A program made the translations under genes and the position numbers. From Octopus sinensis (Eukaryota), in contig NW_021835387.1 of NCBI RefSeq assembly GCF_006345805.1, positions 1 to 40,121 of the forward strand: a stretch of DNA of 40,121 bases. The letters are read 5' to 3'. The notes beneath the pieces are model-generated. The model was not told the origin of the DNA, searched no databases, and was given only the letters and a program-made list of their open reading frames with translations. Below, one piece after another: positions 11,890 through 23,210 of this stretch (positions within the stretch are counted from its first letter, which is position 1; each line of letters begins with the position of its first letter).

Positions 11890-12800
11890 TTGTATCTTTT
11901 GCAGTTACAGTTTCGGATATTACATTTCGGAGATTCGGCTGCATACATTATTACTGATGCATTATTATGTTATCAAACAAAATTTAATATAGATTATCAA
12001 TTTGAAGAGATAAAATGTTTTCTATGCTTAAGGGAAAGATATATAGTGCAACTCGGGAAGAGACTAGCAAAATAATTGAAAAATGTGCTCATTGTCAGGT
12101 ATTTCGTTAAATTATTCGATTTCAGTCCGAAAATTGGTAGCTACAAGGCCGGTTATCACTCCTATTATTGCAAAAGGCCCAAGAGATAGATACATTGCTG
12201 ATTTGATCGATTTAAGAAGATATTCAGAAATAAATAACACCTTTAAATGGGTATTACGATTTATCCAGATTCTTGTTTTGATTGACTCTTTTTGAAAATA
12301 TGGGGTTGTAGAACTTGCTAGAACCAAATGCGCCACAGAAACAGTGCCTATTATTGAAAACATTTTTATGATTGATTTGAGCTCCATTAATCTTGCAAAC
12401 AGATAATGGAAAGGAGTTCAAAAACAATATGATGGAGGAAATGTGCACGAAGTTTGTCACTAAGCACATATGTGGAAGACCACGTGCACTTTGGATACAA
12501 GGTCAGGTAGAACGGTATATTTATTTTGTTAATTTTAAGATTTAACCAATCTATAAAACGATGGATCTCTTCTACAAGCGCTTCAAATGGAATGTTTGGA
12601 GAATATCATGCAATTATTAAAAGAATTGTCGACGAATATAATAATTCAAAACATGACACTACAAAGCATATTCCATTTAACATTTTAATGGAAGTGGGAT
12701 ATGAAAAAAAACTTGATGATTACATTATGCAATCTTTATTGGCTTTTAATGGTAATTATGAAATCCTTTTACGATAAGGAGAAAATGAATACGAAGAAGT
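11890..12800 (+). mobile_element. Ginger/GIN-like DDE integrase gene with micro-introns, frameshifted
   Basis: CAHCQ zinc motif, PIIAKGPRDRYIADLIDLR, ILVLIDSF, LQTDNGKEF, GRPRALWIQGQVER|FNQSIKRW, YNNSKH. Introns at 12515-12539 (strong), 12251-12268 and 12099-12125 (candidates). Confidence 0.85.
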
Positions 12801-12880
12801 AGATTTTGTGTATCAAGAAAGCGAAGAAGTAAATAAAATGCAAAAAGACGTACTTAACAATTTGCATTTTATAATCATAA

Positions 12881-13035
12881 TATGACTTATCGAATGATTT
12901 CTGCAAGTATAGGAGTCCCAAAATAAACTGTATCAGATGTGATTCAGAAATTCAAAAAACTGGATCAAATAACCGACATTCCGGAACTGGATAAAAAAAA
13001 ATATTGACAGAGGAAGAAATTTTGTATATAAAATT
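12881..13035 (+). mobile_element. Tc1 transposase N-terminal HTH fragment
   Basis: MTYRMISASIGVPK*TVSDVIQKFKK...(G)..KILTEEEILYIK is typical of the Tc1 DNA-binding region. Confidence 0.6.
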
Positions 13036-13685
13036 TATTGCAACTGTGATAAACAGGTGGAATGTGCATCTACACTACAACAAATTCGATATGGGAGAGG
13101 TGAAGCTAGAGAGGGGCATATTACAGGGTGACAGTATGTCTCCGCTGCTGTTCATCTTCTGCCTAAAACCGCTGAGTAGAGTCCTCACAGCCCAATTCGA
13201 ACAAATGTCAATTGAACATGAAGGAGGGTGTTTTAGCACCAACCATCTCATGTTCATAGACGACATTAAACTATTCACTCGGTCTTCAGAGATCCTCCAC
13301 TCGATGGGCAATGTCTTGGAAGGTTTCATGAAGGCCGTGGGGTTGGAGCTCAACTACAAGTCGGCGACTAACACCCCTGTATGATGATTTAGTCAAAGCC
13401 TTGGAGGTACACCAAGGATATAAGTATCTTGGTGTGGTTGAGAGTCCAGCCTCATTAATCACACCCGAAACGAGAAAGTGTGTAGCGGAGGGTGTGCGTA
13501 GTAGGGCAGCAATGTTATGTAAAACTCGCCTCAATGAACGGAACTTATTTCATGCCTTGAACGAGTACGAGACGAGTGAAATCGAAATCGAGACGAGTGA
13601 GTACGATGAAATGGACCTTATTGTCCGAAGAGTACTCCGAGAGAATCGCATCAATGTGTTGCCAAGCAATAAGAAGAGATTATTT
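13030..13685 (+). mobile_element. R4/Dong-like reverse transcriptase fragment
   Basis: RGILQGDSMSPLLF, NHLMFIDDIKLF, GLELN..KSA, GYKYLG, LCKTRLNERNLFHALNEY, LPSNKKRL. Confidence 0.9.
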
Positions 13686-13689
13686 GGTT

Positions 13690-14320
13690 CCTCCATCTTC
13701 TGCTCAGCAAAAAGTATGGCTTGAGGCGAGATTTACTCAGAGTTCTGGGCTAACCTCCACGCTGATGGAGATGGAGGGCGATCCTTGGAGGGATGTTGCC
13801 AGTTATCCATCTCTCTGATTTAAGGGAGCTAACAGCGACTGGGCAAATATTGACGTGGTATTAGAGAGGTGGTGATGGCGATAAAGTCTATTCTATGCAA
13901 TGGCAAGAGTTACAACCAAGCCTTTCCTGGTGGCTTCAAATCAGTCAAAAATATGATGATGGCCATACGTATCTGGTCATAAGCGAGGGTCAGAAATGAG
14001 AACTGACCAAAAAGTTCAACTGGCATTAGTCCGAGAAGCAAGAGTGTCTGATGCTTCTGCTTTCATCCTTCTTAATTAGATTTTGCCTTTTCTTTCTTCT
14101 CTTTTCTCTGACGGAGGAAGGTTGCCAGAGTAAGGCCATAGAATCAAACTTGAGAACACCACAAAAGTGGCTTAGGCTCGAAGAGAGAATCGACTGAGAG
14201 AGCGACGAACTAATTATAAAGTAATTTAGTAAAAAGCATGCAGTGTATCCAGATAATTTCTAACTTGAAAACCAGATTTGTATACTGACATTGACTGTGC
14301 CCAATCTGCACAAAGTCCAA
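13690..14320 (-). pseudogene. unidentified host-gene-like fragment
   Basis: GC-richer, codon-like blocks (SVYKSGFQVRNYLDTLHAF; IREMDNWQHPSKDRPPSPSAW) and a candidate intron gtatggccatcatcatatttttgactgatttgaag. Also present in the duplicate. Identity not recognised. Confidence 0.25.
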
Positions 14321-14374
14321 AACAATTAATAATTTTATGTTTTTCTCTTTAAAAAAATATCAGATATAATACTA

Positions 14375-14905
14375 ATTTCATTCTCAAGATTATAAAGATA
14401 CATATTTTACTAAAATGAACAATAAAATAGTACAAAAATCAAAATAGAATATATAGAAATAAAGTTAATTTCAAAAATCAATATTAATGGAGATTAATTA
14501 ATTGACAAAATGAAAAAAAATGCTTGCAAAATGAACTTTAGCCAAGATATTTTACCAGCAGTCGATTTAATTAATCTTCACAAAAATAAAAAACCAAAAT
14601 ATTATAAAAATAATACATCGATTGCAAGAAATGATCAAATAAAAATTAGAAACAGAAATGCACAACAACAAAAGAACAGAATATGACGTGATAAACACGT
14701 GTACAATTTATCGAATTTAATTTCAATAAGTTAAAAACATTTAAAAAATAAAATAGTTAAAATTTAATATCTTCAGTCTGTTTGACATTAACAAAAAAAT
14801 ATGAATTTAACCAATTAACATCAATGATAACGTCAGGTGTACAAACATACCGACCTTTTTTCAGACGAAAAAGACAACAAAATCATATAATTAATTACTT
14901 TAATT
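14375..14905 (+). repeat. ~530-bp AT-rich non-coding interspersed repeat (copy 1)
   Basis: Homologous to 22037-22560 (more diverged) and to 39935-40121. Confidence 0.85.
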
Positions 14906-15379
14906 AACTATACAAATTTTGGATCAAAAATAATAATAAAAAGATTTTCTAATCACATCCAACTGGATCTTCATATTGTAATTTGTGTAAAATTCCGTAA
15001 TAAATAGTTTGTGGAAAGACACGATCTACTTAAAACATATTTTACATATAAAGGATTTTCGAAGGCTCTGGACTTAGAAAATTAATTAGTTAATTAGTTT
15101 CTTTTTATTCATAAAGTCATATAAAGGATTCTAAAATATGAATTCAAATAAGTATTCCTACAACTGTTGATACAAATGATTTTTTATTACATTTAACTGA
15201 AGCATATGTTCTAGCAAATATTCCATTATATAATCTAAGGAATTCTGTCTCAATACATTTTTTAACTATTGGATTTGAGTTATCTCGATTATAGACCATT
15301 AATTTGTTTGCCGAATGCATCAATTGAATTTTAGATTGTGGATGGTAAAATTCGTTTTGTGAATGTTGAAAGAAAAAAA

Positions 15380-17202
15380 CAGCCTCAACACAACCGCCAC
15401 CCACGACACAACTCTTGGACTCCATGATCCGCTTAGTCACACACAAAGCGTCGTGGATTAACCTCTCGATCTCATCACAACCGAAATAATTGGGTCTTCT
15501 GATTACAATGGAGGCAACCGACCTCGCTTTTAGTCTACAAATGGCATCATTATGGCACTACCCAGTAATAAGAATCGACCCACTGCTGACTGACCTGCGC
15601 TGCATTCACAACGAAAGACGACTAAAATGTCTCCCCTCCCTCCAATGAGACCATATCATCCACCACAGTAGCTGAATTAATAAATAAACACTTCCAACTC
15701 CAGTTGCCTTGGCTATCTGTTTGAGATCCGTCTTCAATACTCTCCTCACAGCCATGGCATTGGCAGACACGATCATGTAAATGTCGTCAATTCCCCCAGT
15801 TGTGAACACCACCTTCACCCCAGTGTCCAAAATCTTTATTCTATCAGAAGTGATGCTTATCTTCCGTTTCCTGATATCCTTAAGTTTGGAAGCATCATTC
15901 ATCATCACCTGCACTCCCAACTTGAACTTAGACTTTATTAAACAAAGCCTAGGCAGGTGATCTTAGCATTGGCGACAGATTTGACCATATCTGGAATAAA
16001 ATCATAGAGAACATTACCTACACTCCCAATTCTGCAGTTCACAGCATATGCGTTAACGAGGAATGACTCCCTCACGTTCTGCCATGTGCTTTGAGGATGT
16101 TGATTGCCTTGATGGGCACTTTGTCTGCCCTCACACATCCATTTTGACCTTCGAACAGGCTTCCACACAGATTGGAGCAAAAAAGTCAGCATTTCTACAA
16201 TTTAGACATTTCTTCATACGGGCCAATGACCTTCCTCTGCATCGATGTCTTGGTACTGTTAATCAATCACGTTTTATCAATCTCATTCCCCGATACCAAC
16301 ATCCTCTCCTCAATAAACTTACAGGCCTCTCTACAGTATTGGGGAATGAAAGAGTATTATTTGCAGGCAATTCTGTAGCTGTTGATTACTGAGGTTGGAT
16401 GGACGTTCATTGCGATTTATTTTTCTGCGTTTTTGAAGAGTTTTGCTGTGATAATCACCCGGTTTGAGACGGAGATTGTATTACCACTGATGTTGTCTGT
16501 CCCCTACTTCTTGGTCCTGGAGATTGGCTAATTGAACGAGGATTTTAGCAGCAGGATGTTCCACGTTCATTAATCCGAGTATTGTGGCGATAGTGAAATC
16601 CTAACACCGTCAATGTGGAAAAATACTCCAACCATCATTTTATCAAAATCAATTGGGCCTAGACTGGATTTCAGAATGATCCCGATTGCACATGCGGCTT
16701 TATTTATTTTATTTATTTATTAAAGACCAATGACGGGTAAGCCAGTTAACTATAATAATCCCCGTGATCCCCCGAATCAAGCGAGGGAGATCCTTCTGAA
16801 AGGTTCAATCCTGCTCACAATGATCGGACAGAGACGACGATGTCCCAGGGTCTGAGATCTAGAAGTCCTTTTCGGTAGGCATTAAGTGCCTCCTGAGCGT
16901 TGCCATATCCGAATGGAATTTTCCAACTGACATGGTGGACCGCACAACGCCACGCTAAGACCGGAAGGAAGGTAAAGATCCCCATTTCCAACTGTGTCGT
17001 GCCAGAAGTACTCGTTGCCTCACGGGCAGGGGAACGATAACGAGAATTGGCCCCAGGATGAAAAAGCTTTAACTATTGAGGTCTATCTGGGTTGAATTTT
17101 AATTAAATTAATAATTAGATAATAACGGTTTGTTTCTCTAACAGAATTTCCCGAATTTCTTTCACCAAATAAAAGCAACGGATTTCCCCAAACAGCACTC
17201 AT
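15380..17202 (-). pseudogene. TCP1: T-complex protein 1 subunit alpha (CCT-alpha) unprocessed pseudogene, 3'-truncated
   Basis: Exon 1 MSAVWGNPLLLFGERNSGNSVRETN (17202-17127), then LKAACAIGIILKSSLGP, NVEHPAAKILVQLANLQDQEVGD, HPTSVINSYR, VNAYAVNC, GVQV, TTGGIDD, AMAVRRV, DEIER.IHDALCV.KR..ESK.CV.GGGCVEA. Introns at 17073-17126, 15672-15698 and 15535-15561. It has stops, frameshifts and an exonic insertion, and lacks the C-terminus. Confidence 0.93.
16703..17065 (-). mobile_element. 363-bp retroposon (probably a 5'-truncated LINE 3' end) inserted in TCP1 exon 2
   Basis: (TAAA)n tail at 16703-16721. 6-bp TSD GCTTTA at 16697-16702 and 17066-17071. Removing it restores RETN-LKAACAIG. Confidence 0.8.
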
Positions 17203-17299
17203 GTAGCTTAAGAACTAAAACGTGTTTTATATATTTTTTGAATTACATTTATTTACAAAAATTGTACTATGTCGCGTCCCATGGTGGTAACACTTCCCG

Positions 17300-18780
17300 A
17301 AAACATTTTTATATGTTTATAAAACGTGCGTCGAACCATTTCTTGGAAAACGTATAATTCTTCATACGAACAAAGGGAAGGAATTTGTCAACGATAGGAT
17401 TTCCCGATTGTGTGATGAGTACAGAATAAAACACGTGAGAGGTCATACAAGGTGCCCTTGGTTGCAGGGGCAGATAGAAAAATAAAACCAATCCTTGAAA
17501 TATATGTTGTCCTCCACCTGTTTGTCTGAGAACCTCAAATATAAATGGATTTAAATAAAAGACAGGACAAAGAGTTCATATAACTCAGAGGTTTCCAAGC
17601 TTTTTTTTACGCGCCTCCCTTAGAGAAAAAGTACAATCTTGCGCCTCCCTTTATATTCCATAATATAATACAATTATTATTTTATCAAAAACAATTTTTT
17701 AAAACAAAAAGTTAATGAGATAATTTTTTTTCCATCTTGGCGCAAAGTTTTTCAAATCTTGGTGTCATCGCAGAGAGTGCTACTCTTAGCTCATTAGTCA
17801 CTACTAAACGAGTTCGATATTTAGATTTAATTGCAGCTAGTGCAGAAAATCCAGTTTCGCATAAATATGAAGTAGCAAATGGCAACAAAACTTTCATTGC
17901 TTTATTCGACAAAATTTCATATTCCGTTCTTACATTCAACCAAAAAGAAATTAGCGGTTCTCTCTCAAATTTTTGTTTCAATAATGTATCGCATGACAAT
18001 TCTATCAATTTTTCTTTTTCAAAAGTTGTCAATGCAAATTGATTATCTTCTTCATCAATAAATGGATTCTGTATCCATTCGAACATTTTACAGTCGAGAT
18101 CTTTAAAATAGTGAGCAAAATGCTTCAACAAACAATCCAAATGTTCAGCAAATATGTCTTTGTTTGCTTCAATGTTCACTATGGCGCAAAAGGTGTTTAA
18201 AAGTGGAACATGTCATAGATATTTTTTGTATATTGATTTCCATAATACCAATTTTTCATAAATGCTTTTATTTGTGTGAATCCTAACAATAAGTAAGATG
18301 GAAAGTATTTTCTTGTCTTTGGAGTGGTATTGATTATATTCCAATCATTTTGATTTTTTGAACCATCGTCAAAATCTTTATTATTCGTGAATTTTCTTTG
18401 CACCACTCAAGAATTTATCCATGTGTTAAAATTATTTAATTGTCTAATAATTAAATAAATTTTGAAAAAATATAAATTTTAAATTAATAACTCTTATTAT
18501 CGGAATATAGTCACGTTTTTTACATAGATTATAATTTTCTAAAAAATGTTTCTGAATACTTTGCGCGCCTCCCTTGACACGAGTCAACGCCTCCCTAGGG
18601 AGGCGCGCCCCCCATTTGGAAACCTCTGATATAACTCAACGGTGCATTCCGCTATGTCGTTTGCATCGTTCAGAGTTATGTTTGGAGAAAATGCCGATCA
18701 GTCGGCAAACATGGCGAAGAAGAACTTGTTCTCTTATTCGCAAAATTGGTGGATTAATCCATGTGGATGTAAAAAATGAC
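17300..18780 (+). mobile_element. second Ginger/GIN-like integrase fragment, split by a hAT insertion
   Basis: IILHTNKGKEFVN...KHVRGHTRCPWLQGQIEK*NQSLKYML...KWI before 17585, continuing SYNSTVHSA..SFRVMFG across the hAT after 18636. Confidence 0.8.
17586..18628 (-). mobile_element. internally deleted Buster-type hAT (non-autonomous, 1043 bp)
   Basis: 13-bp TIR CAGAGGTTTCCAA / TTGGAAACCTCTG and 8-bp TSD ATATAACT (17578-17585 / 18629-18636). It retains the N-terminal TRKYFPSYLLLGF and the C-terminal dimerisation region (LLPFATSYLCETGFSAL..IKSKYRTRL). Confidence 0.95.
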
Positions 18781-18789
18781 GTAGAGAAC

Positions 18790-19064
18790 TGCATGGCAAA
18801 GCGGCCGTTAATTCGATCCGTGAACTTATTGAATCCTCCGAGGCGCCAATCATGGTTAAACTAGACGTCTCGAACGTCTTCAATTCCATCAGACGTGACC
18901 ACCTACTGGAATGGTGCCGCGAACTGGTTCCGTTCGCTTATCCCCTCGTACATCTTTCATAAGCTTCCTTATGCTCGATGATGTTCAAATCTCTTCGTCT
19001 ACAGGGCTCCAGCAGGGCGATCCACTGGGTCCTGTTCTTTTTTCTTGGGCGTAATCATGGGTCC
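18790..19064 (+). mobile_element. CRE-clade RT fragment
   Basis: AAVNSIRELI...VKLDVSNVFNSIRRD...GLQQGDPLGPVLF. Confidence 0.8.
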
Positions 19065-21424
19065 GTCATAAACCACGTGGACCGGGACTAGAAAAACAAA
19101 AATGGGGAGTACGTCAACATCTATAATCAAATCGATTATATCATCTGTAGACAAGAAGAAAAACATCGATTGCTGGATGCCAGGTTCATATGGCGGGGCA
19201 CTAACACTGAGCGATCACTAAGTCATTGTGGCACGATTGAGACTGAAAAGAATTTTGGATCGCCTCTTTCAAAAGAAAATGAATCAAACCGAATTAGATA
19301 CTCAGTGGAAAAACTGATTACATCAGTGTTACCAGGAAAAATACTCCAGGCAATCATCGACGAAACCTAAAAGTAACAGAAACGGTAAAAGACCCAAACA
19401 AAAGCTGGGATATATTAGAAAAACTTATTCACAAAGCTGCAACGGAAACCATTGGAACGACTGCATTCAGAAACCACTCAAACCCATTGAATCCAAATGT
19501 TGCCGAAATGGCAACAAAACAAAAAGCCATCCAACTGAAAATTGAAACACCAACGACAAGGAGGCAAAGGAAAAACTCAAAGAGAACGTAGGAAAATATC
19601 GAGAACAATCAAGAAGGAAAATCTTAAATACGTGAAAGCTTTATTAAACTCTCGAATATCAGAAGTTGAAGACTTAAAGGATGGTGCGCAAATGTACGCA
19701 GCCATCAGACTACTACGCCGACGACAACAGAAAACAAAAACTGGTTGTGCACGATGAACATGGGAAAACAATTGGAAACCCCATCGAAATGGTAAATACA
19801 ATCGCCGACCACTTCGAAATACTATTCAATGGCAGGCCGATGCTCTCGATGAGGGTGAAGAACGTTATCTAAACAACAAAATAACACACCTTGAAGTTTT
19901 GAAGGCTATAAAAAAATTAAAAAACAACCGTGCGGCGGGTCCAGACAACATCAACGGTGAATTGATAAAGTACTCCCCAATGGAGATCTCAACTAAATCA
20001 CAAATCTCCTGAACGAGATGTTCCATGGAAATACCATACCGCCTATTGGGAAAGGAACGCTAATTCCTCTCCAAAAACCCAACAAGCCGCAAGGTCCTCT
20101 TAACAACATTCGCCCAATCATACTCTTGAACACAATAAGGAAAATCTTCTCACTCGTAACACACTGGAACGTATTAAGGACCCTGTTAATGAATATCTGT
20201 CGGCTAGCCAAAGTGGATTCAGGCCTGGGCGATCAACTGCAGATGTAGTATGGGGACATAGATGGATCTGTGCCATATCTCAGAAATTTAAAATGGCGAC
20301 CACAATATTGGGCATTGATATGAGCAGGGCATTTGATACAATCCGCAGAGACAAGCTAATGGAGATCCTCAAAACCATTCTTGACAATGACTCGATCAGA
20401 ATGGTTCGAGCACTACTTATAGACACCGAGTTAACGGTGAAGATCGGACCCGTAACAATCAAGATCTTTCAAAACAAGCATTGGAACGCCCCAAGGTGAT
20501 TCAATATCACCTGTACTATTCCTTGTCTATCTTGAAGCGGCACTAAGAGATCTGAGAAAACTAGTGAAGACTACTTCAATAACTGAAGTGATATATGCCG
20601 ACGATGTAGACTTTTTGTCTCATGATAGTCGACACTCGAAGAACTGCTGAACATTGCTCCTCATGCACTGGAAAAATGGTTCTTAAAAGTGAACATAGAA
20701 AAAACCGAATATGTAACAATCAACCGGGAGGCAAATAGAACAGACGAAAAATGGCGAAACTCGAAAAAAGTGGAACTCTTTTAGGAGATAGCGAAGACAT
20801 TATGAGGAGAAAGATGCTATCGACTGTTGCACTTAACAAACTGCGGACCACTTGCTACGAAACCGCGAGGTTGGAACGGCCTTACGTGCCAAATTATACA
20901 ATGCTTTTATTAAACCCATACTTTTGTACAACGGAGGAACATGGGGAATATCTGAGTCTGAATCAAAATCTCTTGATGCATTCCATAGAAGACAGTTAAG
21001 AATTCTTATTGGCATCAACTGGCCAAAGAAAATCAAGAACTCCAACTAACTACCATATATACAATCTGCAACAGCAGACCCGTCAGTGTGGACATTACCG
21101 AAGCACGTTGGCGCCTATTGGGCCACATTCTAAGACTCGACCAGGATGTCTATGCTAACTGGGCAATGGAATCATATTACGCAAAGGACGAAAGATCTGC
21201 GTCCGAGACACGCCCACGAAATACATTACCTATTGTAATCTCAAAGAACTACAACGCGTTAAAAGACAACTGAAAAATGGAGACGACCTAGATACTCTCA
21301 GGAGTATAGCATACAACCGCACATCATGGAAAATTATGACCGAAAAGATAGTCTCATATGTGGCACATGTGGGAACTTAATTAGTTTAAATTACATTATG
21401 TTCCTATGACAGTGCTAATAATAA
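19065..21424 (+). mobile_element. RTE-clade LINE, 5'-truncated, frameshifted
   Basis: YNQIDYI (APE C-terminus), RPIILLN, GIDMSRAFDTIRR, PQGDSISP, YADD, LYNAFIKPILLYN..TW and a (TAA)n tail. 13-bp TSD TAATCATGGGTCC at 19052-19064 and 21425-21437. Confidence 0.93.
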
Positions 21425-21578
21425 TAATCATGGGTCCTTCTGTCCTTTTTTACTCATATCAATTTCCACGGAAAATTCTTCATTGTGATTAACCTCAAAT
21501 GCTTACTCGCTGGAAAAATTTCCAACCTATACAATAATTATCCGGCAATGACTGTATATTGGTTTTCAAAGAAAAACA

Positions 21579-22034
21579 CTCAACCCTCTCAAATTGGCGA
21601 GCTTTTTATATGAACTATAAACGAATATTTCTTGATGTTCTAACAAATCCGTTAAATATGCAAGTTTATGCTTATTGAAATGCGTTTTAAATTTTTTATG
21701 ACTCCCAGGTCAATGGCTGGACCAAGCCTGTACTATTTCGCGGTCTAAACATGATTTCAATATTAGACAAATCTCTTCTGGTATGCAATGGGAAAACAGT
21801 TATCCAGAATGACCAAAATTTGTTTTCTCTGTAGTTTTAGATTCATATCAAAGTATATTAGCCAATCTATGAAGATTTTCCAGTCATCTAAGCAGGCTGG
21901 GAGCTATAAATTTGTGGCCAATCTGAGAACTGGCCATTTTGCAGAGGTTTTTTCATTTTCCAGAGGTAAATTGTTAAAAATGGCCAATTTGAGAGGTGGG
22001 CCAATTTGAGAGCGGCCAATTTGAGAGGGTTAAG
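21579..22034. mobile_element. pogo/Tc1-mariner-type MITE (~456 bp)
   Basis: TIR CT(C/T)AACCCTCTCAAATTGGC at both ends, flanked by CA (left) and TA (right). Three tandem GCCAATTTGAGAG motifs at the right end. Confidence 0.75.
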
Positions 22035-22036
22035 TA

Positions 22037-22560
22037 ATTTCATTCTCAAGAATTTTGAGTCAAGATTATAAATAATATATTTACTAAAATGAAAAATAAA
22101 ATACTACAAATAAAAATAGAATAATAGAAATTAAGTTAATTCTAAAAATCAAATATTAATGGAGATTAATTATGAAAAAAATTCGCTTGCAAAATAAACT
22201 TTATCCAAGATATTTTACTAGTAGTCAATTTAATTAATCTTCACAAAAATAGAAAAGCAAAAATATTATAAAAATAAAGCATTGATTTCAATAAATGATC
22301 AAATAAATTAAAAACAAAAATGCACAACAAACAACAAAATATGACGTGCTAAACACGTGAACAATTTATTGTATTTAATTCAATAACTCAAAAACATTTA
22401 GAAAATAGAATAAATAAAATTTAATATTTTCAGTCTGTTTGACATTAGCAGAAAATATGAATTCAACCAATTAACATCAATGAAGACGTCCGATGTAAAA
22501 ACATACCAATTTCTTTCTCAGACGAAAAGGACAAAGAAAATCATGTAATTAATGACTTTG
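22037..22560 (+). repeat. ~530-bp AT-rich interspersed repeat (copy 2)
   Basis: Aligns with 14375-14905 throughout (e.g. TTCAGTCTGTTTGACATTA, AACCAATTAACATCAATGA). Confidence 0.85.
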
Positions 22561-22629
22561 AAAAAACAACCTAATAAACACCTAAAGAGAGTCAATACAG
22601 ATTAGGAAATTATGACTCGCCAAAAGCTG

Positions 22630-23210
22630 GCTGCACCGCGGATAACAAACGAATTGCCTCGCAAGATTGCTATAGATACCTTCTGGTACAGTCACCTGGT
22701 TTCCCGGTAGTCATTCGTGTTCTTTCCAACGAGCTTCACGATGACCGAAAGAACCCTCTTCCCAGCAGTCCAAATCACGCCGCTCGTCTCCACAGCAATT
22801 GGAACAAAGTGGTATGAGTCAGGAAGTGACGCGTACTTGCTCCGCTTGTTTTTTCTTCGGCCCGACAAGACGCGAAGCCAGAACACGACGCAGACTGAGT
22901 AACGGTCCCCTGAGCAAAGATGTCAGCACAGGTTATATCCCAAACGAGACATTCCCCTTGCTGTGTGGGAATACAGTCATTCCGTCCGGACGCTTGCCGT
23001 CTCCGCGATCAAGACCAGTGAGCTTCAGAACCGAAGGGAAGGCTGCGACATTAAGCCCTAGTTTGACGACGTTGTTCAAACTGGAGTGTCTCGAGGTACG
23101 TCCACCACTTGACCGACAAGAAATAGGATGGAGGTTATCCGAGACCATCAACTACCCGCATTTGCATGAATGGGGTGGCAAAGAGAGATTCCGAGTCGTA
23201 AACAGGTATT
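22630..23210 (-). mobile_element. CRE-clade 3' fragment (REL endonuclease)
   Basis: LHPISCRSSGGRTSRH, DGKRPDGMTVFP, KYASL...FVPIAVETSG, ETRWLYQ...AILRGN. Confidence 0.88.

Larger units (their letters stand above)
7612..14554 (+). repeat. segmental duplication copy 1 (with SINE and hAT insertions)
   Basis: Colinear and highly similar to 35744-40121 once 9005-9353 and 9424-11606 are removed (about 4.4 kb each). Confidence 0.95.

Noticed and set aside
17005-17062. HDV-like ribozyme at the 5' end of the 363-bp insert
   Set aside because: Only a CTCGTT/AACGAG pairing is evident; P1 and P3 could not be formed.
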